Below, one piece after another: positions 14,855 to 26,461 of a stretch of 64,000 bases of DNA. Positions within the stretch are counted from its first letter, which is position 1. The number at the start of each line of letters is the position of its first letter. The stretch is taken from assembly GCA_012295275.1 (NCBI GenBank), contig CM022668.1, positions 9,238,001 to 9,302,000 of the forward strand, written 5' to 3'. A program made the position numbers and the translations under genes. Source of the DNA: Chrysomallon squamiferum. Taxonomy: Eukaryota > Animalia > Mollusca. The notes beneath the pieces are model-generated. The model ran no database searches. It saw only the letters and a program-made list of their open reading frames with translations, and was not told the origin of the DNA.

Positions 14855-15839
14855 AGCAATAAATAATAACAATACAAAAATAAATATCCTTTCAATACAA
14901 ATTCATATGAAAACAACATACCAGTTGCAAAACACATTTTAACACAACCGCATCCCCTTCCCACAAAAGCTGATGAAAAAATGTTGTTAAATTTAATTAT
15001 TATTTTTACTTTTTTTCAGCCAAAGAGAAGCTTCAAGACAGCCGTATAAAGAAACTAAAAAGGCGAATCTCAGCAAGTTTTGGTCGTCTTTGTAAGGGCA
15101 ATTTTTAAAAATTAATATCTTAGTTATCTGTAGACATTAATTTTTGTTTATTTTAAATTTGAAATATAGTGAAATGTTGGATGGTATTGTTGTAACATTA
15201 TTTTTAAGATGTCTGTTATTTATTTATTTTACTCTGGCAGAAATTAAAGAAAGCCATATTCCTGAATTTTCCATAGTATAGGTTTAACCAAAAACAAAAG
15301 TGTATATATCTGTCTGTCTGTTTGTCTATCTATCTATCTATCTATCTATCTGTCTGTATATATATATATATAGATATGTATATGTGTTTTAATTTTAAGA
15401 GAAAAGGTACATCTCTTTTTCTAGTCATTTTTAAATTTACATTTTTGCTTATTTCTAATATTTTATTTTACACTGAAATATTATTTCAAGTAGTAATTTT
15501 AAAATATGGTTATGTTTTGTGTATTTATATATGTTTAATTCTGTGTGTGCTTAACAGTTATGTGTGTACATGTCTGTATGTTATTGTATGTACACTGTAT
15601 TATTTATTTATTTATTTATTTTCCTCTAGCACTGACCAAAGAAGGCCCTATTCCAGAATGTGACCAGGAGGTGAGATTTTTTTCCAATGATAAATTATCT
15701 GATTTTTGTAAATGAATGTTTCAGCAAAGTACATTGATTTACTAGTACAATAGTTTGCATTTTTTAAATTATTATTATTATTAATTTTTTAATTATTATT
15801 ATTATTATTTATATCTATTTTAATTTCATTATTATTTTC

Positions 15840-15890
<51 letters not shown>

Positions 15891-18800
15891 GATTTTAAAA
15901 CAATTAAATGTATATCTCTAAAATTAATTTAACATTTACTTTATTATTATACAGTTTGTTTTGTAAATAATTTAAAAAATTATATAAGATGTCTGCATTA
16001 ACTTTAATAAAATTCAAGTGATTTTGTAAATTAAAATATTAGAAGGTTCTCTTTGTTAACAGTTGAATATTTAAGTAAACTAATTTAAATATTTGTTTAT
16101 TTAAAACTTTTCCTTGCAGCTAGAGCAGCCATCTTGTAATGGTCTGTCATGGTCACAAGATGAAGCATTCAGTGACCCAGGAAGTGAGGTCAACGGTCAT
16201 GTGACCAATGGAAAGCAAGCATGGACAAGGACTCAGTCCAAGCCAGTGGTCGTTCCTCGGACCACAGGTTAGTTTATTTTTGAATCGTAATTTTAATATT
16301 TGAGTACATTTAAAAAAATAAAATTATGACTACTAGTACTATTTACATATAATAATGAAAGCATTGGAATTTTACACAATATCTTCAAGATTATCTGAGG
16401 GTATATATTACTCATTTATGGCAAGATTTATAACTTTTACTCGCCTCTAAACTAGAAAAAAATGTATAAAAATATTTCTAAAATGTTCATGTAAGTGCAG
16501 ATAAGTATTATTTATTTATTTATTTTTACATTATTGTACTATTACAGAGTAATTAATAATTACACTTAAATTATTTAAAAATCAAAAAAAAAAAAAAAAA
16601 ACATTATATTTTCATTTATATGTGTACTTTTGTAGTCAGCTTGCTGTTATTTACATCCATAACTTCCAAACAACTATTTTATTAACTTCAATTTTTAATT
16701 CTTATTTTAAACCTGACATGAGATATCTCACTTGCACACAACACAGGTTTAAACAAAAAAGTTCTTTACTGAATTTCAGCAAAGCCTCCTGTCAAACGAC
16801 ATTACTCAGCTGGCGACATGCTCGTGTCGAATGCTCCACACATTGAGTCGTGCAACTTACAGAGACCGAAATCAGAGGGACACGAATACAGCAAACAACA
16901 CTTGAACAAACGAGCGTCAAGTTGTGGGGTTAGTAAACATTTAAATGATGTGGTGTTGTAAACAAATGATGATGTTGTAAACAGTTAAATAAAGTGGTCT
17001 TGTTGTTAAATAATATATTGTAAACATTTAAATGATGTGGTGTTGTAAACAAATGATGATGTTGTAAACAGTTAAATAAAGTGGTCTTGTAAACAAATAA
17101 TATATTGTAAACATTTAAATGACGTGTTGTAAACAAATGATGATGTTGTAAACAGTTAAATAAAGTGGTCTTGTAAACAATTAAATAATATATTGTAAAC
17201 ATTTAAATGATGTGGTGTTGTAAACAAATGATGATGTTGTAAACAGTTAAATAAAGTGGTCTTGTAAACAATTAAATAATATATTGTAAACATTTAAATG
17301 ATGTGGTGTTGTAAACAAATGATGATGTTGTAAACATTTCTTGTAAACAATTAAATAATATATTGTAAACATTTAAATGATGTGGTGTTGTAAACAAATG
17401 ATGATGTTGTAAACAGTTAAATAAAGTGGTCTTGTAAACAATTAAATAATATATTGTAAACATTTAAATAATGTGTTGTAAACAAATAAGTTGTGAACAT
17501 TTAAATAACAGGTTATTGTAAGCATTTAAATGATCTTGTAAACATTTAAATAATGTGTTATTGTAAACATTTAAATAATGTGTTATTGTAAACAGTTAAA
17601 TACTGTATTGTTGTAAACATTGAAATAAAGTGTTACTGTAAATAAAAAATGGATTACAGTAAACATTTAAATAACATTATTGTAAACAATTAAATAATAA
17701 TACTTTATAATGTATTATTATAAAAAAAACCTAATGAAATTTTGTTATCTTTTAAATAATATGATATAAAAATTTCAGTAATCTATTATTGTTAACAATT
17801 AAATTGATGGTTATTATAAACAAGATGTGTTCTTGTAAACATTAAATAATTTGTCATAAACAGTTAATGAATTATTGTAAACTTTTCGTTCCTGTAATCT
17901 ATTTACTATACACTAAATGTGATATATTACTGTTACATAAAAATGATATCTCACAGGGCAAGTCACCACTTGGCCAAAGTGATTCATATAAGAAACTAGA
18001 ACAGCTTGGAGAAGGGTCTTATGCCACAGTTTACAAAGGAATTGGCAGGTTCGTAACTAAAATGCTTTTCAAAGAATAATGTCAGTTTTTACCTTGTGAA
18101 ACTACAAGTAGCTAAAGAGAACATAGTCAGGACTTACTTTTAAAAGTTGAAATAAAGCCTATAGTTCAGCTAATTAACAGGGTTGTTATATCTTTTTATA
18201 TGTATATGGATATATATCTAGTATCCATGTATGAGTTCTGATTCTATAACTCACAGTGCATTTAATGATTTATATATTTAAAAAAATATTTGGTGTATTT
18301 TGTTTTTGTATATACATCTGCAGTTGTGTTGTTTGTCTCTGTATAAAAATATTAATAAGTTAGTCTAACTGATTTGTTATGTCTGTGTAAATAAGAACTG
18401 TATTATTTTTGTGTTAGATCTGTGTAAATGGGTAAATAAGACTGTATTTTTGTTTTAGATCTATAAATAAGAACTGTATTATTTTTGTGTTAGATCTGTG
18501 TAAATAAGAACTGAATTATTTTTGTGTTATGTCTGTGTTAGTAACAACTGTGTTGTTTTTGTGTTATATTTGTGTTTATTATTTTTGCAGTCTCAGTAAA
18601 CAGATAGTGGCACTGAAAGAAATCAGGTTGCAGGAAGAGGAAGGAGCCCCATTCACTGCTATCAGGGAAGGTTGGTGTTCTAGAAAATTCTTAAACAATT
18701 TTATACTCAAATACATCATCCATTCTGTTTGTAGAGGCTTGTATCAGAGAGTATCTCAGTGTTAGAGTGTTTGTTGGGTCATTGGTTCAGTTCATCTTGG

Positions 18801-19793
18801 TAGACACCATTAAGCTTTTTCCTGTTCCTGACAATACTTTGCAACTGATCTAACAAAGGCCAATATAATATGTTGTTCTTACGTGGCTTGAAAATCCTGT
18901 GTAATTCAGTTCTGTTACTGAAGGTGTTTAAATTTCTCAGAGAGTTTAATAAACCCATGTATTCTGAAATTAAAAAGGGATTGAAGTTAATAACTGTTAA
19001 CAGTAAAATATGTGGAGGTGTCTAAAATGTATTCATTAGCAGAATTTTTGCCTAAAGAATAACACTTTCTAATCAGTTATTATTTGACATAAAATCTGTT
19101 GATAATTATTTCATCCATCAGCAATGATCAAAAATAAGTTTTTGTCCTTAACTGTTTTGTTTTATTGTTTTAGAAAAAAAAAAGAAATCTAAATAACTGA
19201 TAACAATCAGATTTAATATTTAAACTTCATTACTTGACAAGATATCTTTCATTCTTGTGATAAGATTTGAACTCATTACTGTCAGCTTGAAGTTCCATCA
19301 ACAGTAAAATGCCTTCAATAAGGACAGATAGTAGGATTGGGAAAAATAATGAATTAATGAAGTACAAAGTTGTGGTTATATATCAACTGCAGAAATACAT
19401 AGGGCTGTGTAAGCTTTACCTAAAGTGATACAGTAAAAGTGTTTTAAAAAATAAAATATAAAATACAGAAGTAAAGGTTTAGCAGAATAAATATACTGGG
19501 AAGGTTTAATTTCAGATATAGAATTCTTAATAGTCAGCATTTTACTGTAGGGCCTAAATTTTGTGTCTGTATTTTATTGATTTTTTTGTGTTGGTGTTTT
19601 GCAGCATCGTTGTTAAAAGGACTGCGACATGCCAACATCGTTACACTGCACGACATTATTCACACAAAGGATACATTAACCTTTGTTTTTGAATTTGTGG
19701 TTTGTATAATTTAATATTTTATATACACTTAGGGATAAGGGACACACACACACACACATATGCATACAGACATACATGCATATGTGTGTGTGT

Positions 19794-19831
<38 letters not shown>

Positions 19832-20110
19832 GTATGTATGTATGTATTGTTAAGTACATTGTGCACTCCAAAAAGTGCATTTGTGTTTGAAGTTTGTTGG
19901 AAGGTTTACACGTATAAATGTTTTGTGTACAATTATTTTTATTTTATTTTATATTTTTAACAGATTAATGTTTTACAAGTTTAATTATTTTGTTAAATTT
20001 TATTATTGTTATTAATTCTATTATTTTTATTATTATCATTTTCAGAATAAAGATTTAAGTCAGTATTATAATTATTTTGTTAAATTTTATTATCAGTATC
20101 ATTATCATTT

Positions 20111-20141
<31 letters not shown>

Positions 20142-21560
20142 TATTTTCAGAATACAGATTTAAGTCAGTATTTGGAATTACATCAAGGGGGAATACATCC
20201 TCACAATGTGAAGGTAATTCTTTCTGACACCACTTTGATATCATTAATATTACTAATACTACATTTTATATAATTACAATATATATGAAACACAATAATA
20301 ACAATGAAAATTCAAAAACTCAAATTTGACATAAAGAAATTAATTTAATAGAAAAAAAAAAAAAAAAAATTTAGTAAGAAAATCTAATAGGTGAAGAAAG
20401 AAAAAAAAAAATTTAGAAATTGAAAATAAATCTAATATTTTAATTATTTAATAACTGAAAACTGAAAATTTGATATCTAAAAAAAACTGCAAAATAAAAA
20501 CAGAATGAAATAGAATATTACGTAAAAGATAAAAAGAAATCTGATGTGTTTGTGTTTACGTTTCAGCTGTTCACTTTTCAACTCTTGCGTGGTTTGAATT
20601 GTTGCCATCAGAGACGAATTCTACACAGGTAAAAAATATTTCTTATTTGAACTTAAAACTGAACCAGTTATTAGTTTCTAAATAGTCTTATTAAAACAAA
20701 CTGGACTACATCAGTAAATATCTGAGTAATTAAATTAGTCCAACATTTTATGTTACGTAATTATCATCATCACCTTCACCATCATTATTCTTGTTGTTGT
20801 TGTTGTTGTTATTCTTATCCTTATTATTATTGTTACTGTTAGTAGTAGTATTTGGATTACAAACCATATCATCATTAATATTACAAATTTTCATTTTTTA
20901 AAATTCTTTTTCTCTAAAACAGAGATTTGAAACCTCAAAACCTGCTGATAAGTGAAATTGGGGAACTAAAACTTGCTGACTTTGGTGAGTTTAAAAAACA
21001 ATTTTTTTTTTTTTTTTTTTTAACATTTTGTTACAAGACGAACAATATCTATTGATATACACATCAGATTTAATGATTTGAGAAAACAGAGGGAGTGTAT
21101 GAATGGTCTAAATGTCTTCACAAGCATATAAATATATATATTTCTCTGAAATCATGTCACAAAAATGCAAAATGTCAATTCCTATTGTTATCCTTCATCT
21201 TGTTATTGTGTTAAATACTTTGTTTATCTTTAAGGATTGGTCAAGATACATAAAACATAATCCCTGACTTTTAAGACTCAGCATATTGACTTTAATGATT
21301 GTAAATATTTTAACAACTGCACATGTGAATGTGTGTTTGTATCTTTTATTATAAACTGTCTCAGTTTCAATGTTTTTGTTTTAGGTTTGGCTCGAGCCAA
21401 GTCGATACCGAGTCGCACCTACTCACACGAAGTGGTCACTTTGTGGTACAGACCACCAGACGTACTGCTTGGTTCAACCGACTACACAACATCCCTCGAC
21501 ATTTGGTTAGAGCAATCATCATCATCATTATTATTATTATCATTATTATTATATTTATTA

Positions 21561-21598
<38 letters not shown>

Positions 21599-24500
21599 TT
21601 TTATTATTATTATTTTTATTATTATTATTTTTTATTATTTTTTTTATTATATTTATTATTATTATTATTATTTTATTTTTATTATATTTATTAATATTAC
21701 TTTGTTGTTGTTAATATTATTATTATTATTATGTTTATTAATATTATTACTTTGTTGTTATTTTTTATTATTATTATTACTGTTATTATTTATCTTTTTT
21801 ATTTATTATTATTATATATATATTTAAATTATTATTATTATTATTTTAATTCTCGTCATGTTATTGCGAATAGAGAAAAATATAAAGAAATGTGTTCAAA
21901 ATGTCTTCTAGGCTATCATCTTTCTATTTAGATAGTTAGATATTTACAAGTTCATGTGGAATTGTGGTATATGTTATTATTTGCTTGTTTTTTAATTTGT
22001 GCATAGTTGTGGTATATGTTATTTTAATTTGTATGGAGTTGTGACATATGTTATTATTTGGTTATTTTATTTTATATGGAGTTGTGGTATATGGTATTAT
22101 TTGGGTAAGGGTTTTGGGGTGCTTTATTTAATTTGTGTTTTAATGATTATTATTTCAATTTGTATGGAGGTGTGGTATTTGTTAATGATTATTATTTCAA
22201 CTTCAGGGGAGTTGGTTGTATATTTAAATGATTGTTATTTCAACTTCAGGGGAGTTGGTTGTATATTTAAATGATTGTTGTTTCAACTTCAGGGGAGTTG
22301 GTTGTATATTTAAATGATTATTGTTTCAACTTCAGGGGAGTTGGTTGTATATTTAAATGATTATTGTTTCAACATCAGGGGAGTTGGTTGTATATTTAAA
22401 TGATTGTTATTTCAACTTCAGGGGAGTTGGTTGTATATTTAAATGATTGTTATTTCAACTTCAGGGGAGTTGGTTGTATATTTAAATGATTGTTGTTTCA
22501 ACTTCAGGGGAGTTGGTTGTATATTTTAATGATTATTATTTCAACTTCAGGGGAGTTGGTTGTATATTTAAATGATTGTTATTTCAACTTCAGGGGAGTT
22601 GGTTGTATATTTAAATGATTGTTGTTTCAACTTCAGGGGAGTTGGTTGTATATTTTAATGATTGTTATTTCAACTTCAGGGGAGTTGGTTGTATATTTAA
22701 ATGATTGTTATTTCAACTTCAGGGGAGTTGGTTGTATATTTAAATGATTGTTATTTCAACTTCAGGGGAATTGGTTGTATATTTAAATGATTGTTATTTC
22801 AACTTCAGGGGAGTTGGTTGTATATTTGCTGAGATGATCTCTGGTTTTGCTGCCTTTCCTGGAATGAAGGATGCCTATGATCAGCTTGATAAAATATTTA
22901 AGGTTTGTTTTCAGTTCACTGTAATTTGCTGTGATAAATAATCAATTAAATGTGTCAAATAAACAGTATTTTCTTTTTATTCTTTTGTACTTTTTTTGTA
23001 ATGTAGTTATTAAATACTGTCACAGAAATATTTTTGTTTCCGAATCTATAAAATAATATAATTTTTGAAACCAGTTTTGAAATATATGCTGTTATTATAT
23101 ATTTTTAATTATTTTGTAATTAACAAAGAAATAAGTTTATTATATCAGAAATATTTTTAAATTTTTTAAATTTTATTTATGTGATTTATAGTAGTTGAAA
23201 CAGTCAAGTGATAAAATATCACAAACAAGGTCAAACTACATTTTCATATTATTCACTTCTTTTGAAAATAAACATTGTTTATCCTAGCATAAAATTTTTT
23301 TTTTTTTTGAAATATTATCCAAAAGTTATTTATAAATGTCTCAATTAGACAAAAAAACTGAAGAATATGTTTTTATATACATTATATATTTAGTTAAACT
23401 GCTAAAATTATAAAATGATTAAATTTAAAAATGTTTATTAAAATTTATATAAACAGTTTTGTTATTAAATATCATTGACATTTCAGGTGCTTGGCACTCC
23501 TTCTGAGAGTTCATGGGAGGGGGTGACCAGACTTCCCCATTACAATCTTAGTAAGTGTCAACTTTACCTTTTTCTAGTTAACAAAATTATGTGTAAGGTG
23601 CAGAACAACAGTATAATATAATATATGTTTATTTCTCTGTGTACACAAATATGTGTATGATACAAAACAGCTATTATAACATAGTATTGTGGTTACCTGG
23701 TTTTTTTTTGTATTTACCCAAATATAGGTAAGGTGTGGTACAAAAGTATAGTATAGTATAGTATAGTATAGTGGGTGTCTCTGTTTTTGTATCAGAATGA
23801 AATTCAGTGTGTTAATGTTCAATTATAATCATTTTTATTAATGTTGTACAGACAGTTGTTTAAAAGTTTTGTACAGATATCTGTATATATATATTAGTTA
23901 CAGAGTTTTGTACAGACATCAGTTACAGTATTTTATACAGACATCAATTACACAGTTTTGTACAGACATCAATTACATTGTTTTGTACAACATTAGTAAC
24001 TGTTTTTTGTACAGACATCAGTGACACAGTTTTGTACAGACATCAATTACTGTGTTTTGTACAACATTAGTAACTGTTTTTTGTACAGACATCAGTTTCG
24101 GTGTTTCGTACAGACATCAGTTACAGTGTTACTTACAGGTGGCTGTTATAATGTTACATCATCAGTTACTGTGTTTTGTACAAAATTAGTAACTGTGTTT
24201 TGTACAGACATCATTTTTGGTGTTTCGTACAGACATCAGTTACAGTGTTACTTACAGGTGGCTCTTATCATGTTACATCATCAGTTTCGGTGTTTCGTAC
24301 AGACATCAGTTACAGTGTTATGTACAGGTGGTTGTTATAATGTTACATCATCAGTTACTGTGTTTTGTACAGACACTCTGTTACAATGTGAGATAGTCAG
24401 ATGATGTTGATGTATGTTTTTCTGTGTTTGATTTCAGACAAGTTTGGAAACTACACCAGTCAGCCACTGTCTATGTGCATTCAGAAGTTGTCTCTCATAC

Positions 24501-24813
24501 CACAGGCTCCAGACCTGGCATCCAAACTGCTACAGGTTTGTCTCCTTATGTTTGACCTTATTGATTTATATTGGTTTTATCAGTGGTAGTGGTAGCATAG
24601 TAGTAGTAGTAGTAGTAGTAGTAGTACTAATCCAAATTGTTACAGGTTTGTCTCCTTATGTTTCACCTTATTAATTTATATTGGTTTTATCAGTGGTGGT
24701 GGTGGCATAGTAGTAGTAGCAGTAGTAGTAGTACTAATCCAAATTATTACAGGTTTGTCTCCTTATGTTTCACCTTATTAATTTATATTGGTTTTATCAG
24801 TGGTGGTGGTGGC

Positions 24814-24852
<39 letters not shown>

Positions 24853-26460
24853 CTAGTAGTAGTAGTAGCAGCAGCTCCAGACCTGGCAATAGGATTGCTA
24901 CAGGTTTGTCTTCTTATGTTTTACCTTATTAATTTACAGTGGTTATATCAATGGTTGTGGTGGAATACTAGTAGTATTAGTAGTAGTAGTAGTAGTAGCA
25001 GTAATAGCAGTAATAGCAGTAGCTCCAGAACTGGTATCCAAACTGCTACAGGTTTGTCTTCTCATGGTTCACGGTTATGTTGGTTATATCTGGTGGATGT
25101 GGTGGAATTATTAGTAACGGTAGTAGTAGCAGCAGAAGTAGCAGTAGTAACAAAATAGTAGTTAATAAAAGAATAATGGTAGTAGTAGTAGTATTTATTA
25201 ATCCATGTGCACTACCAGATTAAAATGTAGGGTTCTCCTCTTAAGTAACAGAAAAATAATAATAATAAAACCAACCAATAACATTTATTTTAAAATTTAT
25301 TTTCTTTAAAAAATATTTTCAGATGGAGCCTATAAAAAGATTAACAGCAGAAGCAGCCATGAAACATGAATATTTCAAAGATTTGCCACCAATGATACAT
25401 GCTCTACCTGACAGTAAGTTTGTAACTTGATACATGCTCTACCTGACAGTAAGTTTGTAACTTGATACATGCTCTACCTGACAGTAAGTTTGTAACTTGA
25501 TACATGCTCTACCTGACAGTAAGTTGTAACTTGATACATGCTCTACCTGACAGTAAGTTCTAACTTGATACATGCTCTACCTGACAGTAAGTTCTAACTT
25601 GATACATGCTGTACCAGGCAGTATATTTTAACTTGATAAAACTTTTTCAGAGAGTAAGTTGTAGCTTTATTATACTCAGTAAAATAAGAAATTGTAACTT
25701 GATATTTATCTCTATCTGACATCTAATAGCCAATCTGTTATTCATGCTGGGGTGTCAATAGAACATTCGTTCATTCATTCATTTTATTTTGACATTTACT
25801 CTACCTAACACTAAACTGCTCTACCGAATAACAGTGCGTTAAATACAGAACTGTAGCCTTTATAAATCACAAACACTAAATAAATTATCTGATTATTAAA
25901 AACAGAAAAAAATAAAAAATAAATTTAAAAGTTAATCTTGTAACAGTTTTAACTCTTTTGTTAACAGTTTTAACTCATGTGTTAACAGTTTTAACCCTTT
26001 TTGTTAACAGTTTTAACCCTTGTGTTAACAGCTTTAACTCTTGTGTTAACAGTTTTAACTCTCTTATGTTAACAGTTTTAACCCTCTTGTTAACAGTTTT
26101 AACTCTTGTATTAACAGCTTTAACTCTTGTGTTAACAGTTTTAACTCTCTTATGTTAACAGTTTTAACCCTCTTGTTAACAGTTTTAACTCTTGTATTAA
26201 CAGCTTTAACTCTTGTGTTAACAGTTTTAACTCTTGTGTTAACAGCTTTAACTCTTTTGTTAACAGTTTTAACTCTTGTATTAACAGCTTTAACTCTTGT
26301 GTTAACAGCTTTAACCCTCTTGTTAACAGTTTTAACTCTTTTTACAGCTGCCTCTTTGTTTGACATTCCCAGCGTGAAGCTGCAGCCTGAGGTGGACAAC
26401 GTCGCCAGCATGAAGAGGTCGTCAGGCCGCAGCGGTATACGGACAACGCTCAAAGTCTAG
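12311..26460 (+). CDS. CDK14: PFTAIRE cyclin-dependent kinase (CDK14/CDK15, Eip63E-like), 17 coding exons, about 497 aa
   Basis: Exons 12311-12359, 15020-15091, 15630-15670, 16120-16267, 16780-16928, 17957-18048, 18591-18670, 19605-19699, 20151-20213, 20567-20628, 20923-20984, 21385-21505, 22809-22902, 23487-23550, 24438-24535, 25323-25413 and 26348-26460 sum to 1494 nt with consistent phases. Motifs: [80 protein letters not shown]. Exon 1 is the least certain. Confidence 0.95.
16929..17860. repeat. Intronic minisatellite (~77-81 bp higher-order unit of GTAAACA sub-repeats) starting at the CDK14 exon 5 donor
   Basis: Unit GTAAACATTTAAATGATGTGGTGTTGTAAACAAATGATGATGTTGTAAACAGTTAAATAAAGTGGTCTT... 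repeated about 7 times to ~17460, then degenerate. Confidence 0.9.
18383..18570. repeat. ~37 bp tandem repeat abutting the CDK14 exon 7 acceptor
   Basis: CTGTGTAAATAAGAACTGTATTATTTTTGTGTTAGAT repeated about 5 times, imperfectly. Confidence 0.75.
18745..18880 (+). mobile_element. Degenerate tRNA-derived SINE head
   Basis: A-box-like TATCTCAGTGTTAGAG and B-box-like GGTTCAGTTC followed by ...TAACAAAGGCC. Body fragments of an apparently related family lie at ~11800-11880 (+) and ~31280-31470 (-). Confidence 0.35.
22185..22827 (+). repeat. 43-bp x15 tandem array containing the CDK14 exon 13 acceptor
   Basis: Unit ATGATTGTTATTTCAACTTCAG|GGGAGTTGGTTGTATATTTAA. First AG at 22206, last (functional) AG at 22808, a difference of 14 x 43. 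Confidence 0.97.
23845..24380. repeat. Degenerate TGTACAGACATCAGTTAC minisatellite upstream of CDK14 exon 15
   Basis: More than 10 recurrences of GTACAGACATCA with nested higher-order duplications. Confidence 0.85.
24505..25070 (+). repeat. Five copies of the CDK14 exon 15 end plus donor, separated by (TAG)n tracts
   Basis: TACAG|GTTTGTCT at 24535 (functional), 24645, 24752, 24903 and 25051. Confidence 0.9.
25393..25625 (+). repeat. 34-35 bp x7 tandem array containing the CDK14 exon 16 donor
   Basis: Unit TGATACATGCTCTACCTGACA|GTAAGTTTGTAACT starting at 25393, 25428, 25463, 25498, 25532 and 25566, with a degenerate copy at 25600. Confidence 0.95.
25940..26347 (+). repeat. 21-bp x~20 tandem array ending at the CDK14 exon 17 acceptor
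   Basis: Unit TTTTAACTCTTGTGTTAACAG. Nineteen upstream ACAG sites (25946-26329) precede the functional TTTACAG at 26347. Confidence 0.95.
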
Positions 26461-26461
26461 C

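Noticed and set aside
21506-21931. Poly-Leu/Ile/Tyr ORF extensions after the kinase exon
   Set aside because: Read-through into a (TAT)n intron microsatellite past the donor at 21505.
22185-22827. 43-bp direct repeats as a CRISPR array or as tandem alternative exons
   Set aside because: There are no unique spacers. Units contain only 19 nt of the exon followed by a stop.
26064-26453. 129-aa minus-strand ORF with KTVNKRV repeats
   Set aside because: Antisense shadow of CDK14 exon 17 and the 21-bp array.
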